Source of the DNA: Octopus vulgaris
Lineage: Eukaryota
Direction: 5' to 3'
Length of the DNA stretch: 64,000 bases
Assembly: GCA_951406725.2 (NCBI GenBank)
Contig: OX597814.1
Span: 84,816,001 to 84,880,000 of the forward strand
Shown here: in pieces, positions 50,317-61,578 of the stretch
How the letters are laid out: every line of letters starts with the position of its first letter
How positions within the stretch are numbered: position 1 is the first letter of the stretch
Made by a program: the position numbers and the translations under genes
The notes under the pieces: generated by a model
The model's database searches: none
Told to the model about the DNA's origin: nothing
Seen by the model: only the letters and a program-made list of their open reading frames with translations

Positions 50317-50569
50317 CTGAGAAAGAGAGACAAAATGACAAGTAATGTCTTATTAAAAAATAACATGCTGAAGCATTCCTGACTTTAAGGTATCGTAAAA
50401 GGCCTGGTTGGGCTTTTATAGGGCTTAGAAAAACTGAAGCACTACTGCAATAAGTGTGTGAATCTGAGAGGGGAATATGTTGAATAAAACCATAATTAGC
50501 TGATCCTCCTGTGTTTCTTTTACCCAAAGCTAGGAACTTTTCAGCACTCCCTTATTTACAAAATAGCTA

Positions 50570-50990
50570 TCTGTCCATTTATCTTCCCTGCTCAGTATTC
50601 CTGGGAAAGTTGAGGGAATAAAGTCCTCAAGCACATCTTCCACAGGGCCCCTCTCTGAAGAAACCATCATTTGACTTTCTATCTGGATTTTCAAGCATGG
50701 CCAACTGAGAATATGGATATAATCCAACCATTTAGTTCTTGGTCTAGATCTTCGACTGGTTGATTTGGCTTGAAGAAGCCATCCTGTAATTCTTTCCTGT
50801 GACATTCTAATCACCTCTACAGTACCAGAATTATGACCCCTCAATGTGGAGAAATAGTGGTTTGACCTGGAGAGACTTCTTGATCTCTGAGCTATGCACC
50901 CTGTTGAGTATTGTTACTCTAGAGATCATCTGGAGGAAACCCATATCAGCTGCTTGTATTCGTGATTGTACTCTTTTGAGTATTCCCTGA
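50570..50990 (-). mobile_element. 3' fragment of a third RTE family (Expander/Rex3-like)
   Basis: SRIQAADMGFL..ISRVTILNRV, VIRMSQERIT..RSRPRTKWLDYI. Confidence 0.7.
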
Positions 50991-51527
50991 CAATCAGGGT
51001 TAAATAGCTAAATTTAGCGAGTTCTTATCTATTGCATTGTAGAGGCTGAACATTTAAATTTAGTTAAGTGTTTGCTATCATACTTGATGTGTTTGAGTTG
51101 AAGAGTAATTAATTGAACTTATAACTATAACTATTGTCTAGCTGTGGAAAATCCATGGGTGGTAAAGATTCAGTTTTATAGTTAATTACTTGTAGCAAAG
51201 TGTTGAAAGGGGTTAACTGAATAAAATACACATGTCCCTCTTTATCATTTAATAAATAAAATATTCATACAAATATACATACTCTCGAAAGTAAAATATA
51301 GTTTAAGTTTTCCTATTATATAACATCATAAGTTATATAGTCTTTAGCAAATATTAACATGTTATACAGTAATTAAGCAGATGATTACATAACAACATTG
51401 AAACACCAGAACTTCAGAAGAAAATAGTAATTCAATCCATTATCATTTCTGAACACCAGTTGGCTGACAGTGCAATACAGAAATATATATATTTCTTAAA
51501 AATTTCAATTCATTTTCTTTTTCAATT

Positions 51528-52214
51528 CATACAAAGTTTTTTAGGACGAATATAAGATCTAAAGTATATCCAAGTAGCAGAAAGATCGCCCAAAAGTGTA
51601 TATAGATATTTAAATGTATTTATATATTCATCTATACACAGATGTATGTATAATGTGTGGGTATATATTTCCATAGAGGTAACCTTTCACTCCATACAAA
51701 GTTATTTAGGACGAATATAGGATCTAAAGTATATCCAAGTAGCAGAAAGATCGCCCAAAAGTGTATATAGATATTTAAATGTATTTATATATTCATCTAT
51801 ACACAGATGTATGTATAATGTGTGTGTATATATTTCCATAGACGAAACCATTCACTCCGCACAAAGTTTTTTAGGACGAAAATAAGATCTAAAGTTATCT
51901 CTAAGTAGCAGAAAGATCGCCCAAAAGTGTATATAGATATATAAATGTATTTATATATTCATCTATGTACACATGTATGTATAACGTGTGTGTATATATT
52001 TCCATAGAGGTAACCATTCACTCCATACAAAGTTTTTTAGGACGAAAATAAGATCTAAAGTTATCTCTAAGAAACAGAAAGATCGCCCAAAAGTGTATAT
52101 AGATATTTAAATGTATTTATATATTCATCTATACACACATGTATGTATAATGTGCATGTATATATTTCCATAGAGGTAACCATTCAATCCATACAAAGTT
52201 TTTTAGGACGAAAA
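51528..52214 (+). repeat. Tandem satellite, 165-166 bp unit, 4 copies plus a partial copy
   Basis: ACAAAGTT..TAGGACGAA unit starts at 51531, 51696, 51861, 52027 and 52193. Confidence 0.95.
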
Positions 52215-53061
52215 TCTTTATATATAAAAGAAAGGTTGTGTGTCTGTCTACTCCGATTTAGATTCCTAACTACTCCCACATTTTGCGATGCAGTTTAACC
52301 AAAACCGGGTATCTTATAGTCGTGATTCATATCGAGCCCTTCTGGGTATTAGCGCGCGTCTACGATGAGTCTACGATTTTACAAATAATTTACCATAATT
52401 TTTTTCCATTTTAATGCATATTTTTTTAAATAAAGGGAAGTAACTCTCAAACTTCACACCAATATGCGTGCTCATATGCGACGTAATATCACATCAGCAG
52501 CATTTCCTCACACCCTCCTTGCACTTGGCGAAGGCAAAATACCAGGGGATGAAAATGGTAATATTGCCATCGATTCTATTTGTACCATTGTTAAGACGCC
52601 TTCTGATCTCAGAGATGCAGTGTTCCCAGATCTACAAGCTAATTATCAGAATATGGATTGGATAGGCAAAAAGGCTATACTGGCCCCGACGAATAAAACT
52701 GTTCACCATATTAATGATGAAATGCTAAAACTCATTCCTGGGGAAGTCTATGTATATCAGTCTATCGATACAACTCCTGACCCAGAGGACGTCATCAACT
52801 ATCCAATAGAGGTACTCAATTCCTTTGAGCACCCCGGACTACTACCACACTTTCTCAAACTTAAAGTTGGTGCCCCTATAATGCTCATCAGAAATTTGGT
52901 TCCCCCAAAACAATGCAATGGCACACGTTTGATTGTTAAGTCCTTATCTCCCAGTGTAAACTTATATCAATATTTGCCTGAATAATCATCATAATTCAGT
53001 GCAATCATTAACAGTACTTTCAAGCAATTCAGCCCCGAGCAACGCCGGGCAATTCTGCTAG
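52215..53061 (+). mobile_element. Helitron deletion derivative retaining an open Pif1 helicase fragment (ORF 52464-52985)
   Basis: A|TC start, 3' hairpin CCCGAGCAACGCCGGG, CTAG|T end. The ORF has AILAPTN, PHFLKLKVGAPIMLIRNL and CNGTRLIV. Confidence 0.9.
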
Positions 53062-53070
53062 TATATATCA

Positions 53071-54550
53071 TCTCTTATTATAAAAGGGAGATTTTATCTG
53101 CCTCCCTTTGTCTCTTATAGAAATCTACAATATAGGATTTCTTCAATTACAATTTACCTAGCATTTTTAAGAGTAGAATACATCGGGTCGTGCCAGGTCC
53201 AGTTTTTCAAATTTCAACCCCAATTAAGCAAAATTTAGAGAAAACTCACATTGTGGTGTGTAAGTGAAGTGCTTTTCTTAGTGTGGGCTACAGCACACAC
53301 ACACGCACACACACACAAACGGAGCAAATTGCTTCACTGATGCTATCACCCTAATTTCTCCCACTTTCTCTTTGTGTGTACGTGTGTGACACGCGAACTT
53401 CAAAAGAACTTCGCACGCTATCTATCTGGTTTGCCATTCCTCACACACACGCATACACATACATATATGACAGTGACAAACACAAACGTTTCAAACAACT
53501 ACATACAAACACTCAAACACACACACACGTGTGTGTTTGTTATTAGTAAAAAAGGCGCCAAACACAACTCACTTCTCATTCGAACACATTTGCAAAAACA
53601 CACCGACGGTCGGATTGCCATAACAATACAGAAAAGGTAAATTGGTTTTTAATTTACTTTGTCGTTAAATTTTGGTAGTATTAATTGGCGAGCGTACTTC
53701 TGTTGTCAATTGTTGACAGAAAGAAATTGTAAGCTAATAAGGTGTGTGTAAGAAGTGAAGGATAAAAATATTGCAAGAAGTGGACAGATGTACATATATA
53801 CATCCATACATACATGTGTGTGTGTGTGTCTATGTATGTGTATTAATGTGTGTGTGTTATCTCTTATTATAAAAGGCAGATTTTATCTGCCTCCCTTTGT
53901 ATCTTATAGAAATCTACAATATAGGATTTCTTCAATTACAATTTACCTAGCATTTTTAAGAGTAGAATGAATCGGGTCGTGCCAGGTCCAGTTTTTAAAA
54001 TTTCAACCCCAATTAAGCAAAATTTAGAGAAAACTCACATTGTGGTGTATATGTCAAATGTTTTTCTTAGTGTGGGCTACAGCACACGCAAACGCACACA
54101 CACACAAATGGAGCGAACTGATTCACTGATGCTATCACCCTTCTCCTCCTTTCTCTTTGCAAGTTTGCAACTATTAAAGTGAAAACAGTGAATCCGACAG
54201 CGATTAAGAAAATGAATTGGTACCTGAATGGAGTGAAAATTTAAAAACTGTTTCTTTCTGTGATTTTTCTGAAGAAACTGGACCAAGCCACAGACTTTCC
54301 CAGAGGAGTAAAGCCTTAGACTATTTCTTTTTACTTTTTCGAATGAGCCTATTTGAAATCATTACGGCGGAAACGAACTGTTACGCTAAAATGTAAACAA
54401 AACGAAAGAAAGGATAGTTTGTTATTTCCCACAACCTTAAATGAAATTAAGGCCTATTTTGCCATAAATATTATTATGGGTATCAGAAAGTTACCCAGAA
54501 TAACAAATTCTATCGTAAAATTTTGTTGTATACCCAATTGAATATTAGCT
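53071..54550 (+). mobile_element. Two Helitron 5' ends of one family (53071, 53860); the second is followed by a piggyBac transposase fragment (about 54275-54510)
   Basis: Both start A|TCTCTTATTATAAAAGG and share about 280 bp. TGPSHRL..ALDYFFLLF and PTTLNEIKAYFAINIIMGIRKLP resemble PGBD4-like transposase. Confidence 0.7.
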
Positions 54551-54948
54551 AATAACCCATTTTCTATAGTGATGCTTGAACAAAATTTTAATAATTTTAT
54601 ATATTGTTGAATTTACCTGTATCTACCTGCAATTAGAGTCACTTTGTGACAAAAATTATAGTATAGATTTGGTTGAGAACATTTCTTTAAATTATCTTCC
54701 AAAAATCACATTAATATATTGATAAATAAAAAAGTTATTGTTGTTTAATGAAACCAGACTAAATTTATGATTACGTTAGAAATTAATTGAAACACATAAG
54801 GGGTGTATTTTGGTCAGAAATATAGTAACGAAAGGGTTAAGAAAAACCAAAAAATATTTTATTCTTTATAAATGTTGTGTTCAAAATAAAATTTTCTTTT
54901 AAGAACGTGTATATAACAAAGTATGTGTATATAACTACGTGACTTATA

Positions 54949-56052
54949 TCTTTATATATAAAACTGAAGTTGTGTGTCTGTCTCCTACGATTTAGATTCA
55001 TAACTACTCCCACATTTTGCGGTGCAGTGTAACCAAAACCGGGTATCTTATAGTCGTGAGTCATATCGAGCCCTTCTGGGTATTAGCGCACATCTACGAT
55101 GAGTCTACGATTTTAAAAAAATTTACCATCATATTTTTCCATTTTAATGCATTTTTTTCGCTATTATATAAGGGAAGTAACTCTCTAAAAATATCTACGA
55201 TGTGTCAACGATTTAAAAAAAAATTTACCTTAATTTTTTTCCATTTTTAATGCATTTTTTGGCTATAACTCTCTAAAAATGCTTATATAGTTATTTCCCT
55301 TACAAACCCGAGCAACGCCGGGTGATACTGCTAGTCTCTATATAAAGCTGAAGTTGTCTGTGTGCGCCACGTTTGGTAACCTTCAACTAACACTATCTCC
55401 TCCAAGACCCTGCGGCGCAAGTTGACCAAAATTGAGAGTATGATAGAAGAAGGGTTGCTCTTCCTTCCGTAGAACATAAAATTCAAATCGGACCATGTTA
55501 ACACAAAAAATTATTTACATCAAAAAGCTGCTTTTTTCTATGAAAATCCCTATTTTTTACGATTTTTTCACTGCTGTGTCGCCACTTTTCGGTATATTTC
55601 GACCAGAAAAATATTCACAAAATCTTTACTTTTCAAAATTACAATTCCAGCGGGTCGAAACAAACCCGAGCAACGCCGGGCGATACTGCTAGTATATATA
55701 TAAACAGTAAAATGTCTGTATGTGTGTCCTTTATACAAATCCACAATTTTTCAGTTAGAGAGCTCGCACTTTCTATGGTCATTCAAAACCATCCAAGGGT
55801 GGTCGTGCACATCTTTACATTTCCCCAGTCACCCCGCAAAGCCATTAAAAAATCAATAGAAGTGACTTTTTTGTGAATTTTCTATCCAAAACCCAATCAA
55901 AATGCCCGAAACTTGATATGCCAATTGAATGCCAGCTAGCTGTATGTGATTGGTTGGAGATTTGGACAGTTCTCGCATATATGTGCGCACGCATGCAGCT
56001 GTATATGCATGCACTAGCACTATGACCCAGCAACGCCGGGTCATAGTGCTAG
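54949..56052 (+). mobile_element. Three short non-autonomous Helitrons head to tail (54949-55334, 55335-55692, 55693-56052)
   Basis: Each ends in a CCC(G)AGCAACGCCGGG hairpin plus CTAG, and the next starts at once with TCTCTATATAAA or TATATATATAAA. Confidence 0.88.
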
Positions 56053-56086
56053 TCTCTTTCTTTCTTTTGTTATCTTACCGTTTTAT

Positions 56087-56139
<53 letters not shown>

Positions 56140-58753
56140 CACACATGTATACATGGACAGTCAACTCTATATACATTTATACTTAGTATGGTTTGTTAGT
56201 GTTACTATGAAATACAGATAACATAGTTTGACAAGTGACCTGTCAGTATTTCAACAAAATTCAAACAGAGTGAACTTACCACAACAGTGGCACAAACAGA
56301 GATGAAAAACATACCACTCATTACATTAGTTGATGAGAACAAAACTCATTTGTGCTAATGAAAATCCTTTCCCACAAGGGACAAGAGTGAGAAGTTTGAA
56401 AATTTCAATTGTCCAAAACAAGATTAAATTCAGTTGTGTAGAAGGGTAGGGATACTGAGTCTGATCTTCAGTTGCTATGAAGATAACTCTGGATATGTTT
56501 TGGTCTTATTGGATTTCTTCAACAATGTATCATCCATAAAAATCTCCCTGACCCAGAGTGGTTTTTCCATTTAATTTCAGCTGACTTAGATGTAGAGAAA
56601 ATAGATACTAGTTCTTCTGGAATATGTTATGTCTGTAGAAGACATAGACCATCATCAGGGAAAACAACAGCAGCAATCAAGTTTGTGAGAGGAAAGATAG
56701 TGAAGACAGCAAAAAAGGATAAATAGCTTACAACATGAGTCCCAATCATGGGATATGAAAGTGGACCTGGGGAAAAGGCTGAGGCCAGATGTAGTTCTGT
56801 GGTCTCAAAAGGCAAAGGGGTGTGATCAGGCCTACAAACTGAAGTGTACCAAGTAAGAGAACCTTTTGCAGGATTACAGGGAGTAAGAATGGCAGTCATG
56901 GCTTTTCCCAGTATGGAGGAGGCTTACAACCATTGGAATGGGAGGAAGAGAATGAAGAGTGGCTGTGTGCAGGAAGGGACAGGCAGCAGAAAGAGCTTCT
57001 TGCTGGTTATGGATCAGGAGAGATTTGAGCTGGAATCCAGGAGGAGATGACCCACCAACGGGAGGGTGTTAAGGTTCAGGGTTGAAACACTTGATGATCA
57101 TAGGATACTGTCTGATGACATCATTTTCTCCTGTCCAAAGCTCCATTTACTTTGGTCAGTGGAAAAGAAGGACCTTCTAGGTATTATTAATAGCATCTTG
57201 ATTCCTCTTAACCTGCTGATTGTATAGCACTGTTACTTTAAAAGTACTCATCTCACCTGATTTTCTTTCTTCCAATAATTCAGCAATGTCTCATATCTCA
57301 CCACTAGAATAAAAGAAGTGTCTTTGCAGTCACTAACCCTGTTAGAAATCTCCTTGGTCAGTCCAGAGCTTTATTAGAGGACACTTGTTCTAGGTTCCAC
57401 ACAGTGGCACTGAATCCCAAATAATGTGATTATGAAGCCAACTTCTTAACTACGCAGCCATAAAGAAATTAAAATAAAATAAAATCTTACATTGTACAAA
57501 TATTGTTACCTGTAGCAAAAGTGTTCATGCACTGAATGTATAATGAATATAATTACAGACAAATCCTGAGGTTACCTGTTCAGAGCAACATGATAAGGCT
57601 ACTTAGAATAAAGTACTCAGGGTATTATTACTGAATGTGGTCATGTTTTAAGAAAACAGCAAGTCCAACAAAAGGCAATTTGTTGGTCTTACTATTATAA
57701 TGAAGCATAATAGGTATAATTATTAATTACTGTATTATTTAAAAGCAACAAACTTTTGTGCACACATTAATTTATTCTGTGTGCTGGTTACAAAATATTT
57801 GTGTGCATAATAATGTACACACACTCACACACACACATTCAGCTTAGTAAGGACAATGTTGGATATGATATTAAAAGTGGAAAGTTGCTTGTGATTCCTT
57901 AGCATTTTCACTGCTTACAGTGATGAATTATACCATTGCATAGTGCCTATTTAGATCTAGGTGAACTTAGCCATTGTGAGTTAAATGTTTTAACCATTAT
58001 TGCAACACAATATTAGTGATATTATATGAATCGTTGACCTCTTAGCATCCTCAATTATCCAAATCAACTTAACCATCTTTGTAACATCCTTATTCTTCAA
58101 ACTAACTTAGATATAAAAAAAAACAGCAAACAAATCAACATTTCAAATTAATGAGTCAGCAAAACAGTCTCTCAGCATGCTAGAAATAGCAGTCAAATGT
58201 CTCTCAACTCACACTCTACCATTTTAATTAAGCAAAGGATCACATTCGATAATGTAGATCTAGGTCCCACTAAAATGATTGGATGATCATTACTGGAATA
58301 TTTCTGAAATATGTCTGCTTCTTCAGGGTTGACTTGGGAGCTAACTACTACCTTCACCGCCACCGTGGCCACCACCACCACCACCACCATTCTCAACTAT
58401 ATTAGCCTTATTCAATTACATTGTTTATCTATTGGAGAAAAATCTACAAAAGGGACTACACCTCCCCTGTCCTTATAGGAATGTATGTAACAAGTAAGTG
58501 AACAGTTAGAACAATTGAGGACAAAGGTAAGGAATTTTTGGCTTTGTTATGTCCCAAATAGGGTCCTGAAAATGTCTGCTTTGCAACTGTGGTTTTATCT
58601 CATCTTTTCCTTTTTTTATATATTTTTTGCTAGACTACATTATCCACTGTGTCCTTAAGACATCAGGATAAAATTTGAGAGAGATCTGGCTACTATTTCT
58701 AGGAAATCAAATGACTAGATAAAGTTACCCGCATTGTCTTCTTGTTGACTCAC

Positions 58754-58835
58754 CTTTTTTGATGCCTGAAGTGTGAGGACCAGTTTGAAATTTCTTTGAA
58801 CATTGTTGATTTCTTTTCTTATTGGGATTTTCTCT
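58754..58835 (-). CDS. LRRC43: LRRC43-like exon (RENPNKKRNQQCSKKFQTGPHTSGIKK+G), poorly conserved basic linker
   Basis: Acceptor tttaaag|, donor AAG|GTGAGT, 82 nt and open. It goes from phase 0 to phase 1, exactly what is needed to join the neighbouring exons (G+AT = Asp). Confidence 0.75.
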
Positions 58836-59753
58836 CTTTAAAGCAGATACACATAGAAAGAAATAACAAGGGATAAACAATGTAAAAAGGAGATATTATT
58901 GGTTTACTCCCCCTCCCACTTTTTTTTTTTTGTAAGTGAATAAATGTTTGAAACAATTACTTGCCCTCAAATGTTATGCTTTTGTGCAAAAAGTTATGTT
59001 AAACTCTTTATTTACATGGTACTGATTTTGTTGTTTAGCTGCAGGTCTGCTATGATCAAGCAGATCAAAAGGTACTCCAGCTGTGACTATCCTATCTTTA
59101 AAGTGAAGGAACCTCTATGCAACTGCTCAACTGCTAGAAATAACAACCAAATCACCTTCAAGCCACAGTCACATGAATATTGATTTCCAATATATAACAT
59201 TAGCAGTACAATGCATCAACTTTTGTGGGGAGCACTATAGTCAGTTTTATCTACTTTAGCTGGTTTAAATATTAAAGGATTAATGGTAATTTTACCATTA
59301 ACCCTCTCTCAGAGACAGGAACATAATTAGATTAGACTTGAGAAAAGTCTTGTACTGTCATTTCTTTTTTCCTTCCCATGATCTTGTCTTTCCTTCCCTG
59401 GTGGAAAACCACAGGAATCACCTTGAAGAACTGTCTTCTGGTAAGTTCTTAAATGCATTTGCCAATTATGTTATCAGCTTTTAGGTAATTTCTACAAAAC
59501 ATATTCTAAGTTGTCACCATCAAGTAATCTGTTTGAGGTATAATGTATGTAGGGCTACATATTAATTTTTTTTTACTAATCTTTCATTTAGTCACAACAA
59601 TGAATGGAATTATTCATACTCAAGAAACTAGATAGTGAGTATTTAATTATAGATTTTGAGTTCAGAAGTCTGGAATTGATAAAATAAGTAACAGCCAGGT
59701 ACTAGCGGCAAATCTGTGTAAATGTTAACCGAAAAGCGAAACGTTTCACTCAC

Positions 59754-59849
59754 CCAACTTCCATAGCCACATGGAAATTCCTCCAGACCAAGCTGCCGCA
59801 GTTTTTTCTCAAAAACTTCTGTTACCGTAATTCTGTTAGACACTAGCAT
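59754..59849 (-). CDS. LRRC43: LRRC43-like gene, first clear coding exon (MLVSNRITVTEVFEKKLRQLGLEEFPCGYGSW)
   Basis: LRQLGLEEFPCGYGSW matches the LRRC43 N-terminal motif as I recall it (LRKLCLREFPCGAGSW). The exon is 96 nt and ends at a TGG|GTGAGT donor, phase 0. Confidence 0.9.
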
Positions 59850-60187
59850 GTCAACGGATAGGCTTAGAAATAGTACGAATCAACCCCTAAGACTATTATT
59901 GTCTGCTCCCTAAATAGAAACTTCCTAGCATTAATGGCCAAGTAACTAAAATATTGCTGTTATCGACAGAAAAGAATATTATTTGTTCGACTCTCGCAAG
60001 TAATGGGAGCGCCGTGATATGGCTATACCGTACGCTATCCAAAGAGCTGAATTTGATGATCACTTTTGTTTATCTGGAAGCAGATAAAGACAATCAAGGA
60101 CAGAATAAGAGAGGAAGAAAGAAGCGAGACCAACATATATAATTGGAACAAGACAGCAGACAGCTAGACAGAGAGTGATAAAATCAA

Positions 60188-60191
<4 letters not shown>

Positions 60192-60237
<46 letters not shown>

Positions 60238-60370
60238 GGGGGCACTGAAGTGAAGCGCGGAACTCGGGGGAAAGCTGTTGTTGGATAGTTTAGAAGAGAT
60301 TCACTGGGCCAAGATCAAATCCGGCTGATCGCATAAATATAAACACCACAAACATATCACACGATAGATT

Positions 60371-60407
<37 letters not shown>
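60192..60407. repeat. (GA)n and (GATA)n microsatellites
   Basis: 60192-60232 and 60363-60407. Confidence 0.9.
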
Positions 60408-60408
<1 letters not shown>

Positions 60409-60533
60409 CACTAATGGAGGGGAGATTACACTTCAATGCTATTCTGCTTCTCCATCAAGACCTTTTTCACTCTTACTTTCTATAATTGCCTCCGCCTACA
60501 ACTCTTACCTCATCTTCCTTAATGGTTGTTTTC

Positions 60534-60567
60534 ATTGGTTGCTAACGACGATTGTAACCTTAGCAAC
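60534..60567 (-). promoter_or_regulatory. Putative promoter: RFX X-box GTAACCTTAGCAAC (60554-60567), a second X-box-like site GTTGCTAACGAC (60538-60549) and CCAAT (60534-60538, minus)
   Basis: Exact match to the X-box consensus GTNRCC-N(0-3)-RGYAAC, about 700 bp upstream of the first clear exon of a ciliary-type gene. Confidence 0.65.
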
Positions 60568-61172
60568 AGTAGCCTAGGCGTTAATAATACGCTGAAATTC
60601 ATAACAGAATAACGTCAATTTAGGCACTACAAGTTTTGAATATTATTGTTTATGTTGTTGTTTTTGTTATTGGCTAGAAACATCTATGGAAATTTTACGA
60701 TTGTTTTGAAATTTATAAGATTGATGAAAATTTAGAGGGAGCCATGGTCTGTATAATTTCTTTAGAAACTGTAGCTTTTCGAAAGCTTTTGATTCTAGAG
60801 ATGATATAAAGTTAATATGGGCAGTACTGAAAGTGTTGTATATCTTTTGAGAGAACAACTTTGAAGTATATATTTTTTGTTATATATACTTGTTACCTCT
60901 TCTTGATTGCGATTTATCAATTTGTATCTTTACGTCAACAAGAACTGTCCACGAGAAATTAAAAGTTCACTTGTCTTCGTCTTTTTATTGGACTCTGTTA
61001 CAAAAACTATTGAGAATGCATTATATCATTTCTGTAATTTCATTCATAAGGATAGAACTTCGTCCCGTACATTTATTATTGACATCAACAATAAAGCTGA
61101 CTGGCTTATTGTTGAAGTCGATGTGGGTGAAGTGTCTTTTAGTTCAGTTTCATAATTCAAAAAATCTTTTCT

Positions 61173-61578
61173 TATTTCTTTATTGCCCACAAGGGGCTAA
61201 ACATAGAGGGGACAAACAAGGACAGACAAAGGGATTAAGTCGATTACATCGACCCCAGTGCGTAACTGGTATTTAATTTATCGACCCCGAAAGGATGAAA
61301 GGCAAAGTCGACCTCGGCGGAATTTGAACTCAGAACGTAGCGGCGGACGAAATACCTATTTCTTTACTGCCCACAAGAGGCTACACACAGAGAGGACAAA
61401 CAAGAACAGACAAAGGGATTAAGTCGATTATATCGACCCCAGTGCGTAACTGGTACTTATTTAGTTGACCCCGAAAAGGATGAAAGGCAAAGTTGACCTC
61501 GGCGGAATTTGAACTCAGAACGTAGCGGCAGACGAAATACCGCTAAGCATTTCGCCCGGCGTGCTAACGTTTCTGCCA
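61173..61578 (-). mobile_element. CpG-intact SINE family C with a tandemly duplicated 184-bp body
   Basis: Units start at 61173 and 61357 and are highly similar. One tRNA-like head ends at 61578. Confidence 0.88.

Noticed and set aside
52464-52985. Host PIF1 helicase gene
   Set aside because: An intronless fragment enclosed by Helitron termini.
60667-61160. ORFs upstream of the promoter as a divergent gene
   Set aside because: No recognisable motifs or convincing splice structure, and the longest runs into a SINE.
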